64,000 nt of DNA from a virus (taxonomy: Duplodnaviria; Caudoviricetes): the IMG/VR virus record IMGVR_UViG_3300020048_000135, positions 603-64,602 of that record; one strand, given 5' to 3'. A program made the translations under genes and the position numbers. The notes beneath the pieces were generated by a model. It saw only the letters and a program-made list of their open reading frames with translations. It made no database searches and was not told the origin of the DNA. Every line of letters starts with the position of its first letter. Position 1 is the stretch's first letter. Below are positions 1 to 11,551 of this stretch, one piece after another.

Positions 1-897
1 GAATTTTCAGAAAATATTAACAATATTTTTTGTACTTTTGCAAATCAAGAAAAACATTCTTCAAGTTCTGGTAAATTATACCACCACAGAGTTTTAGAGG
101 GATTTGGGCAGAACGAAGATGAACCATTATTACCTTCATATTGATATGATACTCAATATCCTTTTGAACTTGAATTTGTAGTTGGTGCAATTCCTGGAGT
201 CCAAAAAATCTTTAACAATTTAAAAATAATATCTAACTTAGCAGAACCTTATTCATTTTATTATGAGGTATCTGGAGATAGTTATGATTTTAGTAAGGAT
301 AAAAAGATTATTCGTCTTTTAAATGATTTAACTGTATCAGTAATAGATGGAGTTACAATGCCAGATCATGCCGACGCTCCAAGAAGTGAGGCTCTTATTA
401 GAGCTAGGTATAAAGAATATTTAAAAGAAAAGCCGGAAGTTAAAAAACTTCCTTGAATTTATATACAATCATTTGATATTAATGATCCTGATTCTTTCTT
501 TAGAGATAGAGGGGATTTAGTAATACCATTTAATATGTCTATTTTAAAAGATATTAATTTAAGACAAAGTAATAAAAGTAGTGAAACTTTTTTAACTACT
601 TATCAAAGAGGATCAGACATTAAGAAATATGGAAGATTAAAAGGTAATATGCAGTATTTAGAAGATTCTTGGAATATTCAAATCCAACCTCTTAGTTTAA
701 AATATGGATACATTATTACTAATAATTCAGGAAGAACAAGTGAACCACCTGATCCAATAGAAGATCCTTTTAGATTTACTGATTTTAAAGATATGGATAT
801 CAGAGATAAGTATATAAAAATTAGGGTAAAATATAAAGGAGATCAACTTGTGATAATAAATGCACTAAAAACGCTATATACAATAAGCTATGCATAA
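1..897 (+). CDS. C-terminal part of crAss-like tail stabilisation (muzzle-like) protein; 5'-truncated; TGA=Trp
   Basis: Frame 1 is open from base 1 to TAA 895-897 if TGA at 142 and 454 is Trp. It contains YWYDTQYPFELEFVVG, QKIFNNLKIISN and a C-terminal RDKYIKIRVKY...TISYA, which resemble crAss-like tail stabilisation proteins. It lies directly upstream of the cargo/vRNAP cluster. Confidence 0.6.
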
Positions 898-1981
898 AAT
901 ATTAAAATATCAAGAACCCTCGGGAACATTGGGAGCTATAGATTGGTTTAAAAAAGCGTTAAGTAGTTTCTCTGCAAACAGAGAGTTAAAAAAGAAAGAA
1001 AAAACTGCATTATTAGAAACTCCAGAAGGACAGAAAGAGGCTGGTATAAAAGCAAATAATATAAATACAGGCGCAAATCTTATATCAGCTGGGTTAGATG
1101 TACTTCCAGAATTAGCTGGGGGAACAAAAGCAGCTGTAGGTAATCCAGGTTTAGATGCAGGTTTATCATTAGCGGCAGATGCTGTTGGAGCACTTGGGCC
1201 TTGAGGACAATTTGCTAAAATTGGAATTAAAGGTTTTCAAGCTTTAAATAATTATGCTGGAAAAACAGCTGATAGTCTTGCTACAGCAGGAGCAACAGCT
1301 ACTGGATATGATATTCAAACAAGTGATACAGCAGGTCTGAAATTTTCACTATTAAATAGTGGAAAAAAATTAAGAAATGCTAATAGACTTAATGCAAGTA
1401 AAGATGCATTTAATATGGCTGCAATACAAGCAACATATCAGAATAATCAAAACCAAATGGCAGCAGCCGGATCTTTATCTAATATAATGAGTAAGAATAA
1501 TATGGCTTTATACAGTGGTATGAATTCTAACATCGTATCAGTTAAATCTGGAGGGGCTCTTAAATCTATTAAAATTATAAAAGCTAGAGTTGGCGCTAAA
1601 ATTCAAAAGGCACAATCTGGAGAAGCTTTAGACTTGGGAAAAGTAGAAGATGTCATTACTCAGAATGTAATTCCAGAAGGAGCATTACATGCAAGATTAA
1701 ATAATTATGAAGGAGAACTTGGAGAACAAGTTACTAATAAAGGAATCCCAGTAATTACTTATGAAAAGGGAGATAAAATATTACAACACGCAGAAATTGA
1801 ACATTCTGAAATTATATTTAATAAAACTACTTCTGATAAATTGGAAGAATTATATAAAGAGTATAAAGATGCAGTAGATTCCAGAAAAAAGGAGTTAGAA
1901 ATAGAATGTGGTAAATTACTTACTGTTGAAATATTAGAGAATACAAATGATAATGTAGGATTATTAAACAATATAGAATAA
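890..1981 (+). CDS. 363-aa putative virion cargo protein with Gly/Ala-rich hydrophobic segment; TGA=Trp
   Basis: Track ORFs 890..1204 and 1415..1981 are in one frame and joined by a single TGA (1202-1204). It has a hydrophobic AGLSLAADAVGALGPWG segment and a C-terminal GALHARL...KGIPV...EIE..EIIF block like conserved crAss-like structural proteins. Confidence 0.6.
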
Positions 1982-2469
1982 TGACAATTCCTAAAAATAT
2001 ATCATTCCTACATCCAATGATTGAAAAATTTCAAATGGGTGGTGGGTTATTAAAAAAAGAAGATAAAAAAGAAACTTGTGCAAGTGCGGATAACGATTAC
2101 GGCACAATGTTTCTTAAATTTTTATGAGTAAGAGATCAAGCTCATATATTTCATTGACAGGCAAAAATGAATTCACATCATGTAATTTTAGGAAGTTTTT
2201 ACGAAGACTATTTAGAAGAACTTGATGAATTGGCTGAAACTATATTTGGTAAAACAGGCAAAACTTTTACAATAGGTTCTGGAACTATGAATTTTAAAGA
2301 TTATAGTGAAGAAAATTTAAAAATGTATTTGCAAAAAGTACCAATGATATTTGGTGAATATATTACAAAACAATTTCCAAATATTCCTGAAAATGCAGGG
2401 ATATATCATGTAATAGGAGATATACTTGAAGTAATTAATAAAATGAGATATTTGATGTCTCAAAAGTAG
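1981..2469 (+). CDS. Ferritin/Dps-like four-helix protein (DUF5856-like), 162 aa; TGA=Trp
   Basis: ATG 1981 overlaps the upstream TAA. With TGA 2125 and 2155 as Trp it reads QAHIFHWQ...HVILGSFYEDYLEELDELAE, the pattern of phage ferritin-like proteins. Ends at TAG 2467-2469. Confidence 0.7.
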
Positions 2470-2471
2470 TT

Positions 2472-4169
2472 ATGAGGTATATTCCTAAATATCAAAGAGG
2501 TGAGAAAATTCCCACATTAAGAGAATTTAATTCTACTCAAGACGGAACATATGTACAGTCAGCTTTAAATCCTATTGAAACACAGGAAGTTGCTAGGCAA
2601 GCTAATGATTTAAGGATTAAAGAAAAAGCTCAGTCTTTAACTGATTATTATAACCAACCTAATATGATAGGTGGTATGAAGCGTAAGCCTACTACAGCGG
2701 ATATAACTACACAAGCTACAAATTCCGTAGCTTATAATGAACAGCTTAAAAATAATCCTGTAGGAACTCTTGGACCTGATTTAGCAATGTCTCTTATACC
2801 AGAAGTTTTAATGCTTAAAACGCCACAGCAATTTATATCTAAAGTTATTTCTAGAGTTAAAACACCGCAATTTATATCTAAAAGTATTTCTAAACTTAAT
2901 CCTTTTAAAAATAATAATGCTTTACCAATGTTAAATATTGATAAGAATGCATATTATAGAGTAATAGGAAATAATGAGGGATATTTAGATGCTATAACTA
3001 GTAAAGTAATTAGACCTAATCAAACTGGAATATTTAAAGGAAGGCAAACATATTATACTAAAGGTGCTATAAATGATATTAATAATCCTGTTGTTAAAGG
3101 TGGGGCAAAAAAAGGAACTGTATATGCTGGAGATTATGTTGTAGAAGTAAAGCCAAATGATATTCATTTTCCTAAACCTGCTGATAATTTAAATAAAGAA
3201 TGAAATTTTGGATCTACTATGCCGGGAAATGAAATACCTATAGATTCAGAATTTGTAAAATTATATAAGCGTACTAAAAAAGGATATGTTAATGTAGATA
3301 AATCTCCTATCATTAGTGATAATATAAGTAAAAAAGGAATTAATGGAATTTTTGCTAATTTTGATCCCAGAAATTTAAAAACAGAATCTGGATTAGATTG
3401 AATGAAAAAATGACATTCACATCCTGATTTTGTAAAAAAGTATAATATTAATGGTAAGTATAGTGGCGATGCTATGCAACAGTATGTATTAGGAGAATTG
3501 GGTAAATATCAACCTAAGAATTATATAGATTTGTTAAAAGATAAAGGGTTAAAAACATATCTTCGACATTCTATTTCAAATTCTGGCGTATCGTGGGGAA
3601 CTGCTGATAAAATATATTATAACAGAACTCCACATTTACCTTTTAATAAAAGAGGTTTAGAGTCTACTAAAACACATGAATTAACACATTTAATAGAAGG
3701 CAATGGGCATCATTTAGGCCCACTTGAAGAACAGAGTTTATTAAAACCATTTGGGGTAAAAGATAAAAATGCTATTCCAAAAAAAGGAACTTCTCAAAGA
3801 GAATTTTTAGGATATGACCCAGAATATTTTTTAGAGCCTACAGAAATTCATGCTAGAATGAATGAAGCAAGATTTGAACTAGGACTTTCTCCAAAAGATG
3901 AATTTACTACAGGAATGTTTAATAAAATAGCTAAAGATCATGATTGGTATGGAATGGGGAAGTATATAAAAAATAAAGAAGATTTTAAAACTTTAATGAA
4001 TACCTTTTGGGCAACAACCCCTTTAATAGGAGTAGGAGCATTAGTTAATTCTAATAATCAAAAGCCTCAAATATCTAAATATCAAAAAGGAAAAGTTATT
4101 TATAAAAAAGAAAACTTACATATTATCCAAGAAACTCTTAACACTATAAAAGAATTATGAAAGAAATAA
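2472..4169 (+). CDS. 565-aa virion-module protein with zincin-like metalloprotease domain; TGA=Trp
   Basis: Track ORFs 2472, 3219 and 3474 share a frame and are separated only by TGA. HExxH motif THELTH at 3675-3689 is followed by EPTEIHARMNE. The first TAA is at 4167-4169 (TGA 4158 is an alternative end). Confidence 0.7.
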
Positions 4170-4723
4170 AAATAAGTATAGCTGGAAAAGAGTATTCTGT
4201 AAAATTAGCAGAAACTGATGAACAAAGAGAAATTGGTTTACAGAATGTTGACAGTTTAAAAGATAATGAAGGAATGTTATTTGTATTTTATGATGAAGAT
4301 ACTCAAAACTTCTGAATGAAGGACACTAAAATTCCTTTAGATATAATTTTTATAAAAGAAAATTTAAGAGTAGATTCAGTTCAAGAAGGTGTTCCAAATT
4401 CAGAAGATATTATTTCTGGAACAGGTTTATATGTTTTAGAATTGAATAAAGATTCTGGTGTAAAAGAAAGAGATATTTTGGAATTTAATCCTGATAAGAA
4501 AGTTAATAAAATGTTAGTACTAGATTCGGAAGGGAAGCCTCAGATGGAACTAGTAGGAGGAGAGAGAATCTTTTCTAGAGTACATACTAAGATACTTATA
4601 AAGTTTGCTAAAAGAGCAGCACTATTAGATGACGATAATAGCTACAAAGCGTTGGGTAAAAGAATGTTTAAATTTCTGGGTATTCAAGAGGATACAGAAC
4701 CAGAGTACGTTGAGAGCAAATAA
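4157..4723 (+). CDS. DUF192 family protein with C-terminal extension, 188 aa; TGA=Trp
   Basis: Reads GLQNVDSL...GMLFVF...FWMKDTKIPLDIIFI. The Trp of the DUF192 F-W-M-K motif is TGA 4313-4315. Confidence 0.85.
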
Positions 4724-4785
4724 GATGAAGTGAAATATGATTATGCAAATATTAAAATTAATTAAACTTAAATTAAATCAATCCG

Positions 4786-5043
4786 ATGAAAGTAAAAAAA
4801 TTTCAAGAAGGCGGCGCAATGCCCCCACAAGGACAACCACAACAGGCTCCAGCAGAACAACAGGCTTCTCCAGAACAGCAACTACAAGCTATGGCTGCTG
4901 AAATTATCAAGTCTTTAGGGCCAGAAGCGGCAGCCATGCTAGCCCAGTTAATTATGGAAATGTTACAAGGCGCTCAACAAGCACAGCCTGCCGCACCTAC
5001 TTATGCTAGAAGAGGCGGAAAATTAGTGATGTTAGGCCAATAA
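4786..5043 (+). CDS. Small Q/P/A-rich virion-module protein, 85 aa
   Basis: Clean ORF starting MKVKKFQEGG and ending YARRGGKL..., followed by a terminator hairpin. Confidence 0.75.
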   Translation: MKVKKFQEGGAMPPQGQPQQAPAEQQASPEQQLQAMAAEIIKSLGPEAAAMLAQLIMEMLQGAQQAQPAAPTYARRGGKLVMLGQ

Positions 5044-5054
5044 TAGCCTACCTT

Positions 5055-5092
5055 AAAAGGGAAGCAGAAAATCTGACTTCCCTTTATTTTTA
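5055..5092 (+). terminator. Intrinsic terminator
   Basis: Stem AAAGGGAAG-CAG / CTG-A-CTTCCCTTT followed by a T-rich tract, just after the stop at 5043. Confidence 0.7.
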
Positions 5093-5114
5093 TAATCATT
5101 AATTTAATAAAATA

Positions 5115-8100
5115 ATGGCTCAAATAAAAAAATTACAAAACGGCAGTAAATTAACCAAAGAACAAAGGGCCGAAAAGAAATTGGAAAATTTTAATTTATC
5201 TAAAGAAGGAAAAGATTTAGTCATAGCTTCTTTAAATGAGTTTATGAAGTTAACTCCAGAACAATTTAAACAAACAGAATTAGTAGGTCCAGATTCTTAT
5301 GAAGTAACTGCCGGAGGAGATTACGATTTTTCTGGAAGTTCTGATCCAGTAAAAAATAATTGGCTTACTGGTAGATCAAAAGTTAAAGATCCAAATGATG
5401 CAAATAATATTGCTGCAACTATATATAGTCAAGTATTAAAAGAGTTAGATTTAGAAACTCAAGCGGAAGCTGAATTAGCTAAAAAGAATAGAAATAGCTA
5501 TGGAATTTCCAAATATGATTATAATTTAGAAGATGTTTTTGAAGATCAAGGAGTGGATGAGTGACTAAGTCAATACACTACTAATGAGGCAAGACAATCT
5601 GCTTTACTGCCTAAAATAAATGCTCATTTAGATAATTATATAACAAGGGCTGAATCAGATCCTAATAATACTTATACAGATGTTGATAAAGTAAAGACTA
5701 TGAGGGATGCTATTACTGCTTCTGGTTGAAAAGGATTTACAGATAATGCAACTACTTTAGGTTGGAATGATTCTAAATACTTATTATCAGCAAGCCAATT
5801 ACAAACTATAGCTGATAATAAAACAGCTAAAGATGCCGAAGCAAAAAAGAAAAGTGATGAAGAAGCTTTTAATGCAAGAGTTACTCAACTTAGTCAAACA
5901 CTTGGTTTCCCAGAAGAAGTAGCAGCAGATTTAGTTAAAAGAAACTTACATATATTTACCCCTTCCTCTGGTAATTATTTAGAAGAAGATTTACAAAAAT
6001 ATCTTAACGATAAACAATGATACGGATTTAGGGGAAATGAAGGAGAGTTAGTATTTTATGATAGAAATTTTGATCCACAACAAATATTAGGGTCTGATAT
6101 AGAAGAAGGTTCGGCTCTTTCTGGACATCAATGAACATATGATCAACTAAGAGGTAGGGCAGTTCATTCTGATTATACATACCCAATAGATGATTATCAA
6201 AGTATATTTAATATGATTCCAGTAGGACCATCAATTTCAGCATCAGCTCCTAGTGTTCCATGAAAAGGTTCTAATACTTATTTTCCAGGTAAAATGAATT
6301 CATCTTCTGATTTACAAAAAGAATTAGAAAAGTATGAGAAAGAAGTAGAAAATTTAATGAATAAAGATATTAATGGAAATTATATTGGATTACGTGAAGG
6401 CGGGAATAAAAATGCAGCTAATGATAGTCCAGCCGCAATATTAAAAAAGGCTTTAATAGATCATCATTATGATATACCATTAGCACAAAGAAAAAGAATT
6501 GTTGATTTACTAAGTCTTTATAATGAAGGATTAAGAGCCTTAAACATACAACCAGAAGCTGCAATTGATTACTCCGATCATTCTGATGCAAATGAATTTA
6601 GAATAATTGGTAATCAAATTACAAATGGTTTAAAAGGTTTCTGAGGTTCTGAAAATCCTAAATATAAAAAAGGAGGCATACTAAAATTTCAAGATGGAAG
6701 TATTTTTAAAGAATATAAGAAAAGAATAGAAGCAGAGAAAGCAGCTGCTCCTCCAAAAGAACGACAATTTACTACTCCTAAGGATATAAGAGGAACTTGG
6801 AAAGATATGGGAGCTGATGAAAAAGCTTGGAGAGCTACTTCTATTGCAGGAGCAGTAGGAAGTTTAGCTCCTGGAGTTGGTGCAATAGGAGCAGGTACTT
6901 CTCTTGTAGCTGACATAATGGCTGATGTTGTTAAGGATGGTTTTCAAGCAAGTGATGTTTTTAATTGGAATACGGCTTTTAACGCTGGGTTTGTAGGACT
7001 GTCTTTACTAGGTCTAGGGGCATTAAAACCCATTATGCAGGCAGGTAAACTTGGAAAAGCTGCGTCAACAGCTAAAAAGGGAACTGATTTAGCTGAAGTT
7101 TTACTTAAAAGTAATAAATTTAAAAGTTCTGAAAAAATTACAAAAGCTTTAGGATTAACTGATGAAGGATTTGAGGGAATAAAAGCACTTCAAAATTTTG
7201 CTAAGAAAAAAGGAATAAAAACTACTGAAGAACTAGTTGAAAGAGTAGGAAATATTTTAAAAAAAGGAGCTGATACTGGAAAGGATGCAAAATCACTTAT
7301 TACTAAAGAGACTGCTACTAAACTAGAACAAGGGGTAAAAGCTTTGAATAAAATAGTTGAAACTGCAAATCCTGTTATGGGTAATTTAAAACTTGGAAAA
7401 GTTGCAGGAACTTTAACATCAGCAGGTAAAACTGGAGCAGTTGCAAGTGGTAATGGAGCAGTAACTTTAGGTAAATGGGCAGCAAAAGCTGCAATGGTTT
7501 CTCCTTTAGTAACTGATTTGCCAAAAACTTTATATACAGGAGTAACTGATGGTTGAGAATATACAAAACCTCAAGATATTAAAAATATAGCTATTGGGGC
7601 CGCCTCTACATCAAAGTTATTTTCTAGATATATGAATGCAAGATCTATAAAAGGCAAAGAAAAACATTTAGTAGAACAAGCTAATAAAGCTAAAGAAATT
7701 GCTAAAAAACCTATTATTAAAGAGCCTATTAAAAATAGAACTTCTTTAGAAAATACTATTGGTCCAAAAACTAAACAAAGTAAGGCTGATGAAATAAAAT
7801 ATTCAAAAGAAGTTTTGATAGAAGAAAATAGGAAAGCTAGAGTAAATAATATGATTAATAATGTTGATGATATGAAAGGTAGTTTAGCTAGAAAAAGAAG
7901 ACAATCTTCTGCAATTTCTACAACTCCAAAAACTGAAGGTAAACAGCTGACACTATTTGAAAATACTCCAATACCAAAAGTTAGTAAAGTTGGAACTAAT
8001 GAATCTAATTTAGCTAAAATTAAGGAAGCAATGCGAGAAAAGTTGAAAAATTCTAATAGAACATCTAATTCTCAAAATAATACAAAACGATTTATAAAAG

Positions 8101-9611
8101 ATCCAGAAGGAAATTGAAGACAAGATAGTGATAATACTTTTACTTGATTTGCAAAAGCTGATACTAAAAAATTAGGCTGACAACAAGCTATAAACGAAAT
8201 GAAACTAAAAAGATCTTCTGGCAAACCAATAAATAAAATTGCCAAAGGAGGATTAATTCCTAAATTTCAAAATCCAACGTCTTTAGGTATTGCTGCAGCA
8301 TATATGACAAAAAATTATTTACAAGGTCTTAATAATACTAGAGAAGATTGATCTTGAATGTATAATAAACCATATGATAAATCATTTTCTAAAATGGGAG
8401 CATATCTTGAAAATAATACAGCAAAAATGGAGAAAGAAAAATATCAACTAAATTCTTCTTTTGCAAAAAGTTTAAGACCTGATTATATTGATCAGTCTAA
8501 GAAATTCTCTGATATGAAACCTTTTGATGTAAAAACTGCTAAACAAACTGAAGCGGATACTGGTAGAAGAGGATTACTTCCAAATTTACAACAATTAGGA
8601 AAATCTGCTCTTGGAAATTTAGATAATTTAAGTATTTCAAATGCAGCGATGTTTGCTTCTACTTTAAATGCTAATAGACAATTAGAAAAAAATAGAAGAA
8701 GAAGTGTAATTGCAGAAGGAAGTTTTAGAGAATCTTATATGCCTCAAGCTCCTTTTATTTCTCCATTAAATAGTGATACAATGCTTGCCCAAAGGTCAGC
8801 TAATGAATTAAGGTCTAGAATTAATAGAGGTACTAAAAGTATAAATATTAATGATGGGATTGCTGCTCAATTAGATGTTGAAAATCAAATAGCAGACAGA
8901 ATGTATGCTATACAATCTGGAGAAAAACAACGTAGAGATGGTATAAATATCCAAAATGCTAATAGTACTTATCAAACAAATCTCCATAATTTAGGAGTAA
9001 GTAATAGAAATAGATCAATTGCTGCTAAAACAGAAGCTGAATTAGCTAAAGATCCTACCGACTTGTTAAATCATACAGCTTTTACTAATTTTATAACTTC
9101 TGCAAATCAGAATTTTAAAGTAAGAAGTCATGGTAAAGCAGTAGATGATTATTACAAAACTATTAATAATAAGGATGTTATGTCAAAAGTAGAGGTTGCT
9201 CAAAAAGCTTATAAAGATCATATAGCAACTTATGATGCAACAAAAACTGCTTTTGAAACAGCTAATAAAGCTGTTGTTGGAGTTGATGGAAAACCAGTAG
9301 TTTTTGAAGAGCATTCAGCAGAAAATGCATGAAAAGCTAAGAAAGAAGAATTATATAATGCTGTTAAAACTGCTATGGAACCAATATCTGTTGCAAAAAT
9401 GAGGGTAGAACAATTTTCTATGAATCCTTCTTACTTTAGTAATCTTAGTACGTTTAATAAAAAGGGTGGAACTCTTGAAAGAGAAAAATTAGAAGCGCAA
9501 AAAACTAAAGACAGCTCTTCAAATAATACTAAAGAAAAAGAACTTTTATATAAAGCTATTTTTCATAATAATGAAATATTGTTAAAAACTTTATCAATAC
9601 TATTTAAGTAA
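5115..9611 (+). CDS. 1498-aa putative ejected cargo protein with membrane-inserting Gly/Ala-rich segments; TGA=Trp
   Basis: Six track ORFs share one frame. Manual translation of every gap shows only TGA (13 in total) and no TAA/TAG before 9609-9611. Hydrophobic segments lie at about 6830-7030 and 7400-7530. Confidence 0.75.
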
Positions 9612-11540
9612 ATGAAGTATGAAATAAGAAAATTCAATTATGGGGGTGCAATGTTCACCCCTATAATTGAAACTATGCCAGGAACGAGCTCAACAAGTTC
9701 AGGAAGTTCAAGGACTTCTTCAGACGATGATACTTCTAATAAAAAAGAATCATCTGTATTAGATGATGAAATATTAGAAAGATTGTATCAAGTAAAGGGA
9801 TTGACAAATGATGTACATAAATTTATATCAGAGATATCTGAATTAGAAGATGCTATGGAATTTTCACTTTCTGATACTAATAATAGAACAAAACTATTAC
9901 ATATAATTGATAAGTCTAATGAAATTTCAGAAAGCAAAGAATATTGAAAAGATGCTATAGGAAGAGCTAAAGAAACTGGAGGATTAGGAGAAATAGCAGT
10001 TGATAATGAAGGGAGGGTATTTGTTAAGGATAAAAAGAATAATATACTTTCTCTTTCGCCAGAAAATGTACTTAAAAATAAAGGTAAATATTCTTTATTA
10101 AGTGTACAAGAATTAATGTATGAAAGACAAAATAATCCTTTATTAGCTGGTAAAAATCAAGTATTTACAGTTGCGGATAATGCAATTGGTATTAAAGAAA
10201 TTGGAGATCATATATCAAAAATACTTTCAACTTTTGGAAAAGAAGATTCTAAAAGCGAGAGTGTATTTTCAAAATCTGAAGCTGCAAAACAAATACAATC
10301 TCTTGGAGGCAAAAAACCTTCAGAACAAGATATAGAATCTTTATTAATATTAAAGCAGGTAGCATCAGGATATTCAGATTATTCTAAAGTAAAAATAGAA
10401 AAATCTTCAGAAAGAAATAATCTTACTGCAGGGCTAAATTATATTTGAAATAGTTTAGGTTCCCCAGCTCAAAATAAATTAAAAGCCTTGTCTAAACTAC
10501 AAGGAGAAAATGATGCAAGTAAGTTTCTATTAACTATGATAGAAAAACAAACTGATCAATCCACAAGTATAAGTGTGCTTCCTATGTCTAATCAAGTAGC
10601 TAGAGGAGAAGGTTCTGAAGGTTCTGATGGATCTAAAAAAGTTGCCTGAACTCCTGCGGAGTTATCTTTGATGGATAAACTTTATAAACCTGGAACTACT
10701 TATACTATTAATAATCCTAATGCAGGAGTAGAAATACAAATGGCTGCAACTTTTGTAGGACCTTTATATGAATTAGATAAGTCTGGAGCAGTTATAGAAC
10801 CTACGATGCTTAGTAATATACTTTCAAAAAATAAATATCAATCAATATTAAATCCTCATGATGCATATATTGGAGATACTAAAATAGATCCATCTCAATT
10901 AGGAGAAATAGTCTATTCTGGAAATGATATTGCAAAGGTATTTGTTCCAATTAAGCAAGATGGATCTTTAGATTTAGGTTCTATGGATAGGTTTAATAAA
11001 GTATTTAAAGTATATCAAGAAAATAAAGACGAATGGACTGTTCAGCAAGCACAAGCTTATTTTATAAATAATGATTTTCCAGGAGTTAAAATAAAAAGAT
11101 TAGCTGGTAGAGATGGAAAAGTATCTAGTGAATTGGTAGAAAATAATGCAGTAAAACCTTTTTTAGCAGTACCAATATTAACTAACTCTGCATCAGATCT
11201 TTCAGATAATCCATGAATGAATAAATTGCTAGGGAATAAAAGAGAATCTGCCGAACTTATAATGGACAGAGCTTTTACAATTTTTGGAGGAACTCCATCT
11301 AAACCTACTGCTAATAATATGACACCAAGTAATCCTTGATATAATCCCATAAATGAAAAACCATATTCTGGAACTGTATTTATAGCATTTAGACCAGAAG
11401 CTTCAGCATATTTATCAAGTATGAGTAGTCATTTCTTTGGAGAAGGAGTAGATGAAGAAAATGTTAGAATGAATTTACAACACTCTGCAAATAATAGCTA
11501 TTCAAAAGCTGATGCAAGTGGAAAAGTTTTATATGAATAA
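9612..11540 (+). CDS. 642-aa virion-module protein of unknown function; TGA=Trp
   Basis: ATG follows the upstream TAA directly. The frame is open through 5 TGA to TAA 11538-11540. N-terminus is MKYEIRKFNYGG. Confidence 0.75.
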
Positions 11541-11551
11541 TAAAAATTACT

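Noticed and set aside
2817-2890. Short direct repeat encoding KTPQQFISKVIS / KTPQFISKSIS
   Set aside because: A local in-frame duplication inside a CDS, with no sign of an att site or mobile element.
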